Of a stretch of DNA of 52,477 nucleotides, positions 17,694 to 27,367 are shown piece by piece. Origin of the DNA: Acutalibacteraceae bacterium. Its GTDB lineage: Bacteria > Bacillota > Clostridia > Oscillospirales > Acutalibacteraceae. Below the pieces are notes generated by a model. It worked only from the letters and a program-made list of their open reading frames with translations. It had not been told where the DNA came from and ran no database searches. The stretch is from positions 1-52,477 of the forward strand of contig JAZSJA010000002.1 in assembly GCA_045534095.1 (NCBI GenBank). Reading direction: 5' to 3'. Within the stretch, counting starts at the first letter, position 1. Every line of letters starts with the position of its first letter. The translations under genes were made by a program, and so were the position numbers.

Positions 17694-19616
17694 ATGGCTG
17701 GTCCTCCACGTTTGGGAATGGATATGAATAAACTCAAAGAACCAACACCCAAAAGCATAAGGGAAGTACCGGGATATCTAAAAAGAGTTGTGACAAAATT
17801 TTTCAAACGCCTTTTTTATATATTCAGTTTGGTGTGGAATACAGCACCTTGGATACTCATAACCTTAACGGCTATTGCTTTGTTTACCGGCTTGTTGCCT
17901 GTTTTAACTGCTTGGGTAGCATCTCAACTTTTAAACGTTTTGGCAGAGGCATATACCGCTTCGCAAATGGGGAATGCTATTGAATTTGGAAAGATTATAT
18001 TCCTTTTAATAATGCAGTTTATTTGTATTATTTCAAATAGCTTCTTCACCCATCTTAATTCACTTGTTGTAAGGGTTTCGGGCGAAATGGTTTCAAATCA
18101 CGTAAAGACCATTATGATGGAAAAATCAAAAACCTTGGATTTACAAAGCTTTGATAAACCCGAGTTTTACGAGAGATTGGAAAATGCTCAGCGTGAAGCA
18201 ACTATGCGGCCGGTTCAAATTATAAATGCTACTTTTAGTTCTATAAGTACCTGTATCAGTGTTGTTTCATTTGTGGGTATTTTGTTTACAGTAAGCCCTT
18301 GGGCACCACCACTTATAATAGCACTCTCTCTTCCTGCAGGATTTGTAGCTTATATATACCGAAAAAAAGCATTCAATTATATTCGTATGCGCTCTAAGGA
18401 TAGACGTCAACTTAACTATTATTCAGGCCTGATAACAAATAAGGATTTAGTTAAAGAAATAAGAATTTTTGGCCTTTCAGACGTATTTATAGAAAGATAC
18501 ACCAAAACCTTCAAAAAATATTTCAAGGGTCTTAAAAAAATATATCTTAAAGAAGGCTTTTGGAATATGGTTGTATCCACTTGTTCCGCCTTATCACATT
18601 GTGCTTTATTCCTTTTTGTTGCGTGGAGAGTTTGGCTTGGTAAATTAAAGGTTGGTAACTATTCCCTTTATACCGGTGCATTAAACTCAATAACCTCCGG
18701 ACTGAATTCACTTATTTCTTCCACCTCTACCGTCTATGAGGGCACCTTGTTTATCGATAATCTTATTGTTTTTATGGAAGAAAAACCAACCATTTTAATG
18801 GATGTGGAAAATAGGACAGAGGTTAAGCGTCACGTTCCTCACGAAATTGAATTCAGACATCTTTCCTTTAAATATCCCGGTACCGAAAGATATGTTATTA
18901 AAGATTTGAACGCTACCATAAAAGCGGGAGATACCGTAGCCCTTGTAGGTGTTAACGGTGCGGGAAAAACCACTCTTATTAAGCTTATAACCCGTCTTTA
19001 TGATCCTACTGAGGGCGAAATTCTTTTGGATGGGCGAAATCTTAAAGATTATGATCCCGAAGAGCTTTACAAAATATATGGTATTATATTCCAGGATTTT
19101 GGAAAATACGCCGTTACCTTGGCAGAAAATATCGCTTTTGGCGAAATTGAAAAGGAACTTGATTTTGAAAGGGTTAAAGCCGCAGCAGAGCAGAGTAACG
19201 CTACTGAATTTATTTCCAGACTCCCCAAGGAGTATGATACACCTCTTATGCGTTATTTTGAGGAGGATGGCATTGAACTTTCGATAGGTCAGTGGCAAAA
19301 GATTTCGGTAGCAAGAGCCTTTTACAGCGATTCAGATATTCTTATTTTAGATGAGCCTACCGCCTCTCTCGACGCTATTGCAGAACAAGAAATTTATGAT
19401 CAATTTGATTCTTTAAGAAAAAACAAAACTACAATTTTTGTATCTCATCGTCTTTCAAGTGCAACCACCGCAGACGTTATTTTTGTATTAGATAACGGTA
19501 TTCTTACCGAAAGTGGAAGCCATAGGGAGCTTATGGAAAAAGGTGGCACATACCACAAACTGTTTACCACTCAGGCAGGAAGATACCTGGAAACTGATAA
19601 AACTAAAGAAATTTAA
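17694..19616 (+). CDS. ABC exporter, fused permease/ATPase (half-transporter)
   Basis: It has an N-terminal six-TM domain, Walker A GVNGAGKTT, the signature LSIGQWQK and Walker B ILILDEPT. The ATG at 17694 follows GAGGTGA. Confidence 0.85.
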   Translation: MAGPPRLGMDMNKLKEPTPKSIREVPGYLKRVVTKFFKRLFYIFSLVWNTAPWILITLTAIALFTGLLPVLTAWVASQLLNVLAEAYTASQMGNAIEFGKIIFLLIMQFICIISNSFFTHLNSLVVRVSGEMVSNHVKTIMMEKSKTLDLQSFDKPEFYERLENAQREATMRPVQIINATFSSISTCISVVSFVGILFTVSPWAPPLIIALSLPAGFVAYIYRKKAFNYIRMRSKDRRQLNYYSGLITNKDLVKEIRIFGLSDVFIERYTKTFKKYFKGLKKIYLKEGFWNMVVSTCSALSHCALFLFVAWRVWLGKLKVGNYSLYTGALNSITSGLNSLISSTSTVYEGTLFIDNLIVFMEEKPTILMDVENRTEVKRHVPHEIEFRHLSFKYPGTERYVIKDLNATIKAGDTVALVGVNGAGKTTLIKLITRLYDPTEGEILLDGRNLKDYDPEELYKIYGIIFQDFGKYAVTLAENIAFGEIEKELDFERVKAAAEQSNATEFISRLPKEYDTPLMRYFEEDGIELSIGQWQKISVARAFYSDSDILILDEPTASLDAIAEQEIYDQFDSLRKNKTTIFVSHRLSSATTADVIFVLDNGILTESGSHRELMEKGGTYHKLFTTQAGRYLETDKTKEI

Positions 19617-19628
19617 GGAGTTTTTAAT

Positions 19629-20549
19629 ATGTACACACTTAAATTAAAGCCTGCTTTAAAGGATTATTTATGGGGCGGTACTCGCCTTAAAACCGAATTC
19701 AAAATGGAAACCGATTTGGAAAAGGTTGCAGAGGCCTGGGTTCTTTCAACCCACAAAGATGGTGCAGGCATTGTTTTAAACGGTGAGCTTTCGGGCAAAA
19801 CCTTAAACGAAGCAGTGGAGAGTTTTGGCGCAGATTGTCTTGGTGAAAATGGTAAAAAATTCAGTTATTTCCCAATTCTTATAAAACTTATTGATGCTAA
19901 GGATTACCTTTCTGTTCAGGTGCATCCCGATGATGAATACGCCCTAAGAGTAGAGGGTGAATACGGCAAAACCGAAATGTGGTATATCGTAGACTGCGAA
20001 GAGGGTGCTTGCCTTTATTACGGATTTAAAAATGAAATTTCAAAGGATGAATTTCGCCAAAGAATTGCAGACAATACAATAACCGACGTGCTTAATAGCG
20101 TTCCCGTTAAAAAGGGTGAGGTTTATTTCATTCCATCGGGCACAATTCACGCAATCGGCAGCGGAATTTTAATAGCCGAGATTCAGCAAAATTCCAATAC
20201 TACATATCGTGTTTCAGATTATGGCAGACTTGGGGCAGATGGCAAACCCCGTCCACTTCATATCGATAAAGCGGTTGAGGTAACAAATCTTACCCCCCCA
20301 CCCCAAAAGGCAAATTTACCAAATGGTGTTTTAGCAGAGTGTGAGTATTTTAAGGTTAGAATTTTTGATACCGAGGTTGAAAATGAGATAGAGGTTGACG
20401 GTTCCTCTTTCACCGCACTTTTGTGCCTCGAGGGTGAGGTTTCTTTCGGCGATATTACTCTTGTTAAGGGCGACTGTGCATTTGTTCCCGCTAACAGCGG
20501 CAAGATTATCTTTAATGGTAAGGCTACGGTTATCGAAAGTAGGGTATAG
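19629..20549 (+). CDS. manA: Class I mannose-6-phosphate isomerase
   Basis: 306 aa. It has LKDYLWGG, LSVQVHPDD, EMWYI and GTIHAIG cupin metal-site motifs typical of Firmicute ManA. Confidence 0.85.
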   Translation: MYTLKLKPALKDYLWGGTRLKTEFKMETDLEKVAEAWVLSTHKDGAGIVLNGELSGKTLNEAVESFGADCLGENGKKFSYFPILIKLIDAKDYLSVQVHPDDEYALRVEGEYGKTEMWYIVDCEEGACLYYGFKNEISKDEFRQRIADNTITDVLNSVPVKKGEVYFIPSGTIHAIGSGILIAEIQQNSNTTYRVSDYGRLGADGKPRPLHIDKAVEVTNLTPPPQKANLPNGVLAECEYFKVRIFDTEVENEIEVDGSSFTALLCLEGEVSFGDITLVKGDCAFVPANSGKIIFNGKATVIESRV

Positions 20550-20552
20550 GCT

Positions 20553-21074
20553 TTGAGTATTTTGAATATAGTTTTGGTGGAGCCTGAAATCCCACAGAAT
20601 ACCGGCAATATTGCTCGTACCTGTGCCGCAACGGGAGCAAGACTTCACATTGTAGAGCCCATGGGATTTAAACCCGATGATAAGCAACTCAAAAGAGCTG
20701 GGCTGGATTATTGGCATCTTTTGGATATAACCTATTATAAAAATCTTGATGATTTTTTTGAAAAGAATAAGGGTGGCGAATTTTACTTTTTCACCACCAA
20801 AGGCAGAACGGTTTATTCCAATGTAAACTATCCCGATAACGCCTATATCTTTTTCGGTAAAGAAACTAAAGGTCTTCCTGAAGAATTATTACTTAAATAT
20901 CCCGATAGGGCGGTAAGAGTGCCAATGATTGGTGATGCAAGAAGCCTTAATCTTTCAAATACCGTTGCACTGGCAGCATATGAAGTGCTTCGCCAATGGG
21001 ATTTCCCCGAGCTTCAAAATTTTGGTGAGCTTCACCGTTATGATTGGAATACGGGCGAAATTAAAGAGCAGTAA
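20553..21074 (+). CDS. trmL: tRNA (cytidine/uridine-2'-O-)-methyltransferase TrmL (SpoU/TrmH family)
   Basis: LNIVLVEPEIPQNTGNIARTCAATG parallels E. coli TrmL [23 protein letters not shown], and the C-terminal SLNLSNTVA knot motif is present. The start (TTG at 20553 or TTG at 20562) is uncertain. Confidence 0.85.
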   Translation: MSILNIVLVEPEIPQNTGNIARTCAATGARLHIVEPMGFKPDDKQLKRAGLDYWHLLDITYYKNLDDFFEKNKGGEFYFFTTKGRTVYSNVNYPDNAYIFFGKETKGLPEELLLKYPDRAVRVPMIGDARSLNLSNTVALAAYEVLRQWDFPELQNFGELHRYDWNTGEIKEQ

Positions 21075-21143
21075 AATATGCATAACAATCATTCAAATTA
21101 GTAAAAACGTAGAACCATTATTAAATAAAAAAGAGGTTTTATT

Positions 21144-22130
21144 ATGAAAAAAATTGTTATGATTGGACCTAAGCAAAGCAAAATTATTCAGGTAGATGTA
21201 CCTAAGATCAACGATGATCAGATCCTTGTTAAAATAAAGTATACCGGAATGTGTCACTCAGAGTGGTATCCTTGGTCTACTGCTACACCCGGACAATCCT
21301 TTGGACATGAGTCTATGGGATACGTTGCAGAGGTTGGACGCAACGTAAAGGGCTTTAGCGTTGGCGATCGTGTAACGGGGCTTGGTGGCGGTGGCTATCA
21401 GGAATATATTGTAATGGAGCCTTTAAAAACTATGCACATCCCTGAAAACATAAAGGATGAAGACGCAATAGTCGAACCTCTTGGTTGCCTTATGAGTGCA
21501 GGTACAAGAATGATGCCTAAGTATTTTGGTGATGACATTGCGGTAGTAGGTGCGGGGTATATGGGTCTTGGAATGATTTCTATGTTTCGTGCCCTTGGCT
21601 ATAATAATATTCTTGCCGTAGATAAGCGTGATGAAGCATTGGAAAACGCTATTAAATTTGGTGCAACCAGAGCAATACATCCCGAAGAATTAGAAAAATA
21701 TGAGTATCTCAATTGGGAAACTTGGGAAGAACCTGACTTGAAGCGTGACGGCCATAAAACTGACGTTTTCCATACAGGCTTTAATAATGTTATGGAGTTT
21801 ACAGGCAGCCCTGACGGTTTAAAACTTGCCGCCGATATGGTGTGTGCACACGGAAGATTGGGAATTGGCGGTTATCACAACGATGGAACACGCACTGTAG
21901 ACTTTATGCTTTGGAATATGAAAGCTATAGATATGATTAACTGCCATGAGCGTAGAATTGAATTTGAAGCAGATCTTTGCAAAAGAGCTTTGGATTTAAT
22001 TTCTAAGGGAATTTGGAAATTTAAAGGTGTTACAAACCACATTTACACTATGGAAGAGTTTGATAGGGCAAATGAGGAAATGGAAGCCCACACCAACAAT
22101 TTTATTAAAGGTGCAGTAATTTGCGACTAA
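21144..22130 (+). CDS. Zinc-dependent alcohol/polyol dehydrogenase family protein
   Basis: GMCHSE and GHESMG catalytic-zinc motifs and a GAGYMG Rossmann motif. Length is 328 aa. Confidence 0.8.
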   Translation: MKKIVMIGPKQSKIIQVDVPKINDDQILVKIKYTGMCHSEWYPWSTATPGQSFGHESMGYVAEVGRNVKGFSVGDRVTGLGGGGYQEYIVMEPLKTMHIPENIKDEDAIVEPLGCLMSAGTRMMPKYFGDDIAVVGAGYMGLGMISMFRALGYNNILAVDKRDEALENAIKFGATRAIHPEELEKYEYLNWETWEEPDLKRDGHKTDVFHTGFNNVMEFTGSPDGLKLAADMVCAHGRLGIGGYHNDGTRTVDFMLWNMKAIDMINCHERRIEFEADLCKRALDLISKGIWKFKGVTNHIYTMEEFDRANEEMEAHTNNFIKGAVICD

Positions 22131-22151
22131 TAACATAGTAAAATAAAAAAC

Positions 22152-22196
22152 AAAAAGTCAGCCTACAAGAGTAGTTTCTTGAAGGCTGATTTTTTA
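22152..22196. terminator. Bidirectional terminator between convergent genes
   Basis: GTCAGCCT-A-CAAGA-GTAGTT-TCTTG-A-AGGCTGAT composite stem, flanked by an A-run and a T-run. Confidence 0.65.
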
Positions 22197-22210
22197 ATAT
22201 GTATTATAAA

Positions 22211-23323
22211 TTATTCGTAGAGAGTACTTCTTATGGTTTCTGAAACGTTGGTTTTATTAAGGCTTGAAAGGATTTTTGACATTTTTTCAAGTTCTTCTTT
22301 ATTATTTAAAAGAGATAAACAATTTTCTTCTAATTCCTTTACAGAATTACTGGTGATTGCAGCACCTAATTCAACAAAGAAGTTACGATTATATTCCTCG
22401 CAGCCTGCAACGGCATCTATAAATACCATTGGAAGGTTTTTTTGCCTTGATTCGGAAACGCTTAGTCCACCCGGCTTTGTTAGATAAAGGTCTGCGCTGT
22501 CTAAAAGTTCTGACATATTTTTTACAAAGCCTTTAACGTGAATCTTGGTGTTTTCTTTGTGCTTCTTGCTTAGAGATTTTTTAAGTCGTTTATTAGTTCC
22601 GCATACAATAGTTATTTCGGTGTTGTTGGGGATTTTTGCAGAAATATGTTTCAATATTTTTTTAATAGGTCCGCAACCCATACTGCCACACATAACAAGC
22701 AAATGGGTGCTTTCTTTTTTTACCCCGGCTTTTTCTTTGGCCTCATCTTTTGGTAGATTTTCATAGAACATCTGCTTTACGGGTATTCCCACAGGGCAAA
22801 CTTTGTTTTTATCAATTCCGTATTTAGCAAAAAGATCAACAATTTTGGAATCTGCAATAAAATAAACGTCGATGCCTGTGGCACTAACCGTTGGGGCACA
22901 GGTGTAATCGGTTGCCACAAAGGCAGTTTTTACTTTTAAATCGTATTTTGAAATAGCGGCCGCTAACATAACCGTGGAGAAAGGATGTGTGCATATTACC
23001 GTATCAAAGCCACCATTTTTAACATATTCGTTTAATTTTTTTGCACCTAACGCTAAAAAACGGTTGGTGAGGGTGCCTTTGGGTTTGTTGTATGAATCAA
23101 AGTGCTTTTCCATATGGGTGTAGCCGATTCTGAAAGCAGCAGGGAAGTGACGATATATGGCGGTATGTCCTTTAGTCATAACTGCCGTAGCAAATTTTGA
23201 AATAAAGTGAAAAATTTCATATACTTCGCAAACGTCACCGTGGCGGTCAAAGGTCTCTTTAAGTGCATATGCACAAGAATCGTGACCTGCGCCGGTGCTA
23301 CTACTTAATATCAAAACACGCAT
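22211..23323 (-). CDS. MGDG-synthase-type (GT28) diacylglycerol glycosyltransferase
   Basis: The N-terminus MRVLILSSSTGAGHDSCAYAL is the MGDG_synth/UgtP-type signature, followed by a C-terminal GT-B domain (LTKPGGLSVSES). Confidence 0.8.
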   Translation of the reverse strand: MRVLILSSSTGAGHDSCAYALKETFDRHGDVCEVYEIFHFISKFATAVMTKGHTAIYRHFPAAFRIGYTHMEKHFDSYNKPKGTLTNRFLALGAKKLNEYVKNGGFDTVICTHPFSTVMLAAAISKYDLKVKTAFVATDYTCAPTVSATGIDVYFIADSKIVDLFAKYGIDKNKVCPVGIPVKQMFYENLPKDEAKEKAGVKKESTHLLVMCGSMGCGPIKKILKHISAKIPNNTEITIVCGTNKRLKKSLSKKHKENTKIHVKGFVKNMSELLDSADLYLTKPGGLSVSESRQKNLPMVFIDAVAGCEEYNRNFFVELGAAITSNSVKELEENCLSLLNNKEELEKMSKILSSLNKTNVSETIRSTLYE

Positions 23324-23652
23324 ATGTAAAATCCTTTCATCAAAAATACGATAAAAACAAATGAATATAACTAATTATATAAAGTATATCACAAAACATT
23401 CAAAATTTCAATACAAAGCATATGGAATAAAACAATAATTGTTTTTTTAGCAAAAAACATCATTTTGACTATTGATTTTTCCAAAGCAACGATATATAAT
23501 TATTATAATTGGTAAAATGGCGGAGAAGGGGCTTTTTTGTTGGCCTTATAGGTTGTTTTGCCAAATAAAAGGTATTTTTTAAGGCTTTTTTGCCAACAAT
23601 ACTTTTGTATAATAAAAAATAAAAATTTCGTACCGAGTGGAGGTGTAAAAAA

Positions 23653-23985
23653 ATGAACAATTTTTTAACCGCAGCTAAAAATCCTTTAAAAATTGACGAC
23701 CTTTACGTTATTGTATTAGGAGTAGGTATTGTCTTTATAGGACTTGTTTGTATTATACTTCTTTGTAAAATCTTAGGTGTATGTTGCAAACTTTTAGCTA
23801 AAAAAGAGGACGTAGTTGCTACAACTTCAGCACCTGTTACTACTTCGGCAGCACCTGCAGCAGCACCAGTTCCCGCAGTTATCCCTAATCGTAGAGAAAC
23901 TGTTGCCGCTATTGCAGCCGCAATCGCAGAGGATTTAGGAGAAGATATTTCTGCAATCAGAATAGTATCTATTGAAAAACTTTAA
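23653..23985 (+). CDS. oadG: OadG-family small membrane subunit of a Na+-translocating decarboxylase
   Basis: 110 aa with a single N-terminal TM helix, an A/P/T-rich linker and a C-terminal VAAIAAAIAEDLGEDISAIRIVSI motif typical of the OadG family. Confidence 0.75.
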   Translation: MNNFLTAAKNPLKIDDLYVIVLGVGIVFIGLVCIILLCKILGVCCKLLAKKEDVVATTSAPVTTSAAPAAAPVPAVIPNRRETVAAIAAAIAEDLGEDISAIRIVSIEKL

Positions 23986-24017
23986 ATTTATTTAAAAACA
24001 TAAAGGAGTTATCTATT

Positions 24018-24401
24018 ATGAAAAACTACAAAGTAAACGTTAACGGAACCGAATATAAGGTTTCTATCGAACTTATTAGCGAAACCGAGGCAGCAGCTCC
24101 CGTAGCAGCACCTGCACCTGCAGCAGCACCTGCACCTGCAGCAGCACCTGCACCTGCAGCAGCTCCCGCAGCAGCAGCTCCCGCAGGCGGCGAAAAGGTT
24201 AACGCACCTATGCCCGGTACAATTCTTTCTGTAAACGTTAAAGTTGGCGATGCAGTTAAGAAGGGCGACGTTCTTGTAATTTTAGAGGCTATGAAAATGG
24301 AGAACGAAATTATGTCTCCTGTTGATGGTACTGTTACATTCGTTGGCGTAAATCAAGGTGCTTCTGTAGAGTCCGGCTCTGCAATCTGCGTAATCGAGTA
24401 A
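24018..24401 (+). CDS. Free-standing biotin carboxyl carrier subunit of the decarboxylase
   Basis: The C-terminal biotinyl domain has the EAMKMEN biotinylation motif. A long (AP/AA)n linker precedes it. AGGAG RBS. Confidence 0.85.
   Translation: MKNYKVNVNGTEYKVSIELISETEAAAPVAAPAPAAAPAPAAAPAPAAAPAAAAPAGGEKVNAPMPGTILSVNVKVGDAVKKGDVLVILEAMKMENEIMSPVDGTVTFVGVNQGASVESGSAICVIE
24105..24158 (+). repeat. 18-nt tandem repeat x3 (gcagcacctgcacctgca) encoding an AAPAPA linker, with degenerate continuation to about 24186
   Basis: Three identical 18-mers read directly at 24105-24122, 24123-24140 and 24141-24158. Confidence 0.85.
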
Positions 24402-24419
24402 TAAGGCGGTGTTCAAAAA

Positions 24420-25688
24420 GTGGGTACTGCTATAATAGACTTTTTAAAGCAGACAGGCTTTGCAATGCTTGCTAATAATTGGCAATCAATTATTATGGTG
24501 CTTGTTGCTTGCTTACTTTTCTTTCTTGCAATAGTTAAAAAGTTTGAGCCATTGCTCCTTTTACCTATCGCATTTGGTATGTTGCTTACAAACCTTGTAG
24601 CCTCCGACGTTTATCATGAGGCACTTTTTGCAGGCGGTCAGATCCATTGGGATATGTTCTTCCACGGTGACCCCGGCGTACTAGCTGATAGACTTGTTGG
24701 ATTACAGGTTGACAATCCTGCCCTTATTGATTCTCTTAGAGAGATGGCCGCAAACGGTGCGGAAATCAGTGCAGGTCTTGTAGATTTCCTTTACCTTGGC
24801 GTTAAGCTTGGTATTTATCCTTGTCTTATTTTTATTGGCGTTGGAGCAATGACCGACTTCGGTCCTCTTCTTGCAAACCCCAAGAGTTTGATTCTTGGTG
24901 CAGCAGCTCAAATTGGTATTTTTGCAACATATGCCGGTGCAAGACTTCTTGATTTCACCCCTGCACAGGCCGCATCCACCGGTATTATAGGTGGTGCAGA
25001 CGGTCCTACTGCTATATTTGTTACCGGCAAGCTCGCTCCCGAGCTTTTAGGACCTATAGCCGTTGCAGCATATTCTTATATGGCTTTGGTTCCGGTTATT
25101 CAACCTCCCATTATGAAGGCTTTAACCAACAAAAAAGAGCGTTCTATTGTAATGAAAGAGCTTCGTCCTGTTTCTAAAACAGAGAAGATTGTTTTCCCCA
25201 TTGTTGTAACAATCTTTGTTGCTTGGCTCGTTCCTTCAGCCGCACCCCTTGTTGGTTGCTTAATGCTTGGTAACTTAATGCGTGAGTCAGGTGTTGTTGA
25301 TCGTCTTACCAAAACTGTTCAGAACGAGCTTATGAATATTGTAACAATATTCCTTGGCGTTTCTGTTGGTGCTACGGCAACCTTTACCACATTCTTAAAT
25401 ACTCAAACCTTGTTTATTATTTTACTTGGTATTGTTGCTTTTGGTATGGGTACTGCAAGTGGTGTGTTACTTGCCAAGTTTATGAACTTGTTTACCAAAA
25501 ACAAAATCAATCCCCTTATCGGTTCGGCCGGCGTTTCGGCAGTTCCTATGGCGGCTCGTGTATCACAAACAGTTGGTCAAAAGGAAAATCCCTCCAACTT
25601 CCTTCTTATGCACGCTATGGGCCCCAACGTTGCAGGTGTTATAGGCTCGGCTATCGCTGCCGGTGTTCTTATCGCTTGTTGCGGTTAA
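24420..25688 (+). CDS. oadB: Na+-translocating decarboxylase beta subunit (membrane Na+ pump)
   Basis: A 422-aa polytopic protein with [27 protein letters not shown] and [13 protein letters not shown] motifs characteristic of OadB/GcdB/MmdB. GTG start. Confidence 0.88.
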   Translation: MGTAIIDFLKQTGFAMLANNWQSIIMVLVACLLFFLAIVKKFEPLLLLPIAFGMLLTNLVASDVYHEALFAGGQIHWDMFFHGDPGVLADRLVGLQVDNPALIDSLREMAANGAEISAGLVDFLYLGVKLGIYPCLIFIGVGAMTDFGPLLANPKSLILGAAAQIGIFATYAGARLLDFTPAQAASTGIIGGADGPTAIFVTGKLAPELLGPIAVAAYSYMALVPVIQPPIMKALTNKKERSIVMKELRPVSKTEKIVFPIVVTIFVAWLVPSAAPLVGCLMLGNLMRESGVVDRLTKTVQNELMNIVTIFLGVSVGATATFTTFLNTQTLFIILLGIVAFGMGTASGVLLAKFMNLFTKNKINPLIGSAGVSAVPMAARVSQTVGQKENPSNFLLMHAMGPNVAGVIGSAIAAGVLIACCG

Positions 25689-25715
25689 TGACTTTAAAGA
25701 AAGAGGCATTATCGT

Positions 25716-27122
25716 ATGAATAAATTAAACATTACAGATACCATTCTTCGTGACGCCCACCAATCTCAGGCCGCCACCAGAATGAGAGTTGAGGATATGC
25801 TTCCCGCTTGTGAGATTTTAGACCAAATGGGTTATTGGTCTCTCGAGTGTTGGGGCGGTGCTACCTTTGATAGTTGTATGCGTTTCCTTGGTGAAGATCC
25901 CTGGGAGCGTCTTCGCAAGCTCAAGGCCGCTATGCCTAACACCAAGCTTCAAATGTTACTTCGCGGACAGAACATCCTCGGTTACAAGCACTATGCTGAT
26001 GACGTTGTAGATGCTTTTGTTAAAAAATCCATTGAAAACGGTATTGACGTTATCCGTGTGTTTGACGCACTTAACGATACCCGTAATATGGAACAGGCTA
26101 TGAAGAGCATTAAAAAGTACGGCGGTGTTTGTGAGGCTGCTATCAGCTACACCATCAGCCCTGTACACAACGAGGAATACTTTGTAAACCTCACCAAAAA
26201 ATTGGTAGAGATGGGTGCCGATACCATTTGTATTAAAGATATGGCTAACCTTCTTTTACCTGTTGATGCTTATAACCTTGTTAAAAAGCTTAAAGAGGCA
26301 GTTAACGTTCCCATCCACCTTCACACTCACAACACCACAGGTACAGGTGATATGACCAACCTTATGGCTGCTTGGGCAGGTGTAGATATTGTTGACTGTG
26401 CACTTTCTCCTTTAGGTAACGGTACTTCTCAGCCCGCTACAGAGGCTTTGGTTGCTACATTAAAGGGCACCGAGCGTGATACCGGTTTGGATCTTGAAAA
26501 ATTAAGTGAAGCAGCAGTTCATTTCCGTAAAATTGCTACCAAGCTTAAAGATCAAGGCGACCTTGATCCCAAGGTTTTAAACGTAGATACCAACACCCTT
26601 TTATATCAGGTTCCCGGTGGTATGCTTTCCAACCTTATCAGCCAGTTAAAACAGCAGAACGCTGAAGATAAATATTATGAAGTGCTTGAGGAAATCCCCC
26701 GTGTTCGTGAGGACTTCGGTTATCCTCCTCTTGTTACTCCCACCAGCCAGATTGTTGGTACTCAGGCTGTTCTTAACGTTCTTATGGGCGAACGCTACAA
26801 GATGATCTCTAAGGAGTCTAAAGGCCTTCTCCGTGGTGAGTATGGTCAGGTTCCCGGTAAGGTTAACGAGGAAGTTCGTAAAAAGGCTATCGGTGACGAT
26901 GAGGTTATTACCTGCCGTCCCGCAGATCTTTTGGAGCCCGAGATGGACAAATACCGTGAAGAGGCTAAGGATCTTGCACGCAGTGAGGAAGACGTACTCA
27001 GCTACGCACTTTTCCCACAGGTTGCATCCAAATTCTTGGCAGAGCGTAATAAAAAGCTTGACCATCCCGAAGGTGACCCCGATGAGGTAAGAACAATTAT
27101 AGTTCAAGACCTTTCGGAGTAA
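25716..27122 (+). CDS. oadA: Oxaloacetate decarboxylase alpha subunit, carboxyltransferase (5S/PycB-type) domain only
   Basis: ITDTILRDAHQSQAATRM, ECWGGATFD and HLHTHNTTG (HMGL-like TIM barrel of OadA/PycB/transcarboxylase 5S). The 468-aa protein has no C-terminal biotinyl domain. Confidence 0.88.
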   Translation: MNKLNITDTILRDAHQSQAATRMRVEDMLPACEILDQMGYWSLECWGGATFDSCMRFLGEDPWERLRKLKAAMPNTKLQMLLRGQNILGYKHYADDVVDAFVKKSIENGIDVIRVFDALNDTRNMEQAMKSIKKYGGVCEAAISYTISPVHNEEYFVNLTKKLVEMGADTICIKDMANLLLPVDAYNLVKKLKEAVNVPIHLHTHNTTGTGDMTNLMAAWAGVDIVDCALSPLGNGTSQPATEALVATLKGTERDTGLDLEKLSEAAVHFRKIATKLKDQGDLDPKVLNVDTNTLLYQVPGGMLSNLISQLKQQNAEDKYYEVLEEIPRVREDFGYPPLVTPTSQIVGTQAVLNVLMGERYKMISKESKGLLRGEYGQVPGKVNEEVRKKAIGDDEVITCRPADLLEPEMDKYREEAKDLARSEEDVLSYALFPQVASKFLAERNKKLDHPEGDPDEVRTIIVQDLSE

Positions 27123-27133
27123 TTAAAAAATGT

Positions 27134-27176
27134 AAAAGTTGCCGTTTACCAGTTTTGATAATCGGCAACTTTTTTG
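27134..27176 (+). terminator. Rho-independent terminator of the decarboxylase operon
   Basis: An 11-bp stem, AAAAGTTGCCG / CGGCAACTTTT, followed by TTTTTG. Confidence 0.75.
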
Positions 27177-27196
27177 TTGATTATGTGTATTTTATC

Positions 27197-27225
27197 TTGA
27201 ATTTTTAATTTAAAAATGATACAAT
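27197..27225 (+). promoter_or_regulatory. Sigma-A type promoter of the tRNA-Arg gene
   Basis: TTGAAT (27197-27202), a 17-nt spacer, then TACAAT (27220-27225), 29 nt upstream of the mature tRNA 5' end. Confidence 0.55.
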
Positions 27226-27254
27226 AATAAGCGTGCCGTTGCACGTTTATATTT

Positions 27255-27331
27255 CCGCCCGTAGCGAAGCTGGATATCGCAGCGGATTCCGATTCTGAAG
27301 GCCGGGGGTTCGAATCCCTTCGGGCGGGCCA
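27255..27331 (+). tRNA. tRNA-Arg (anticodon CCG), 77 nt with encoded CCA
   Basis: Hand-folded cloverleaf. Acceptor CCGCCCG/CGGGCGG. D-arm GCGA-AGCTGGATA-TCGC (G18 G19 A20). Anticodon arm GCGGA-TTCCGAT-TCTGA (4 of 5 pairs, T33, A37, anticodon CCG). 5-nt variable loop. T-arm GGGGG-TTCGAAT-CCCTT. Discriminator G plus CCA. Confidence 0.85.
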
Positions 27332-27366
27332 AAAAATAGACTTGCTTTTGCAAGTCTATTTTTTTA
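27332..27366 (+). terminator. Rho-independent terminator directly after the tRNA
   Basis: TAGACTTGC-TTTT-GCAAGTCTA followed by TTTTTTT. Confidence 0.75.
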
Positions 27367-27367
27367 T

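Noticed and set aside
23469-23660. 63-aa minus-strand ORF in the GT28-oadG intergenic region
   Set aside because: It has no RBS, its composition is a lysine/leucine/asparagine-rich translation of AT-rich spacer, and it overlaps the oadG start and RBS.
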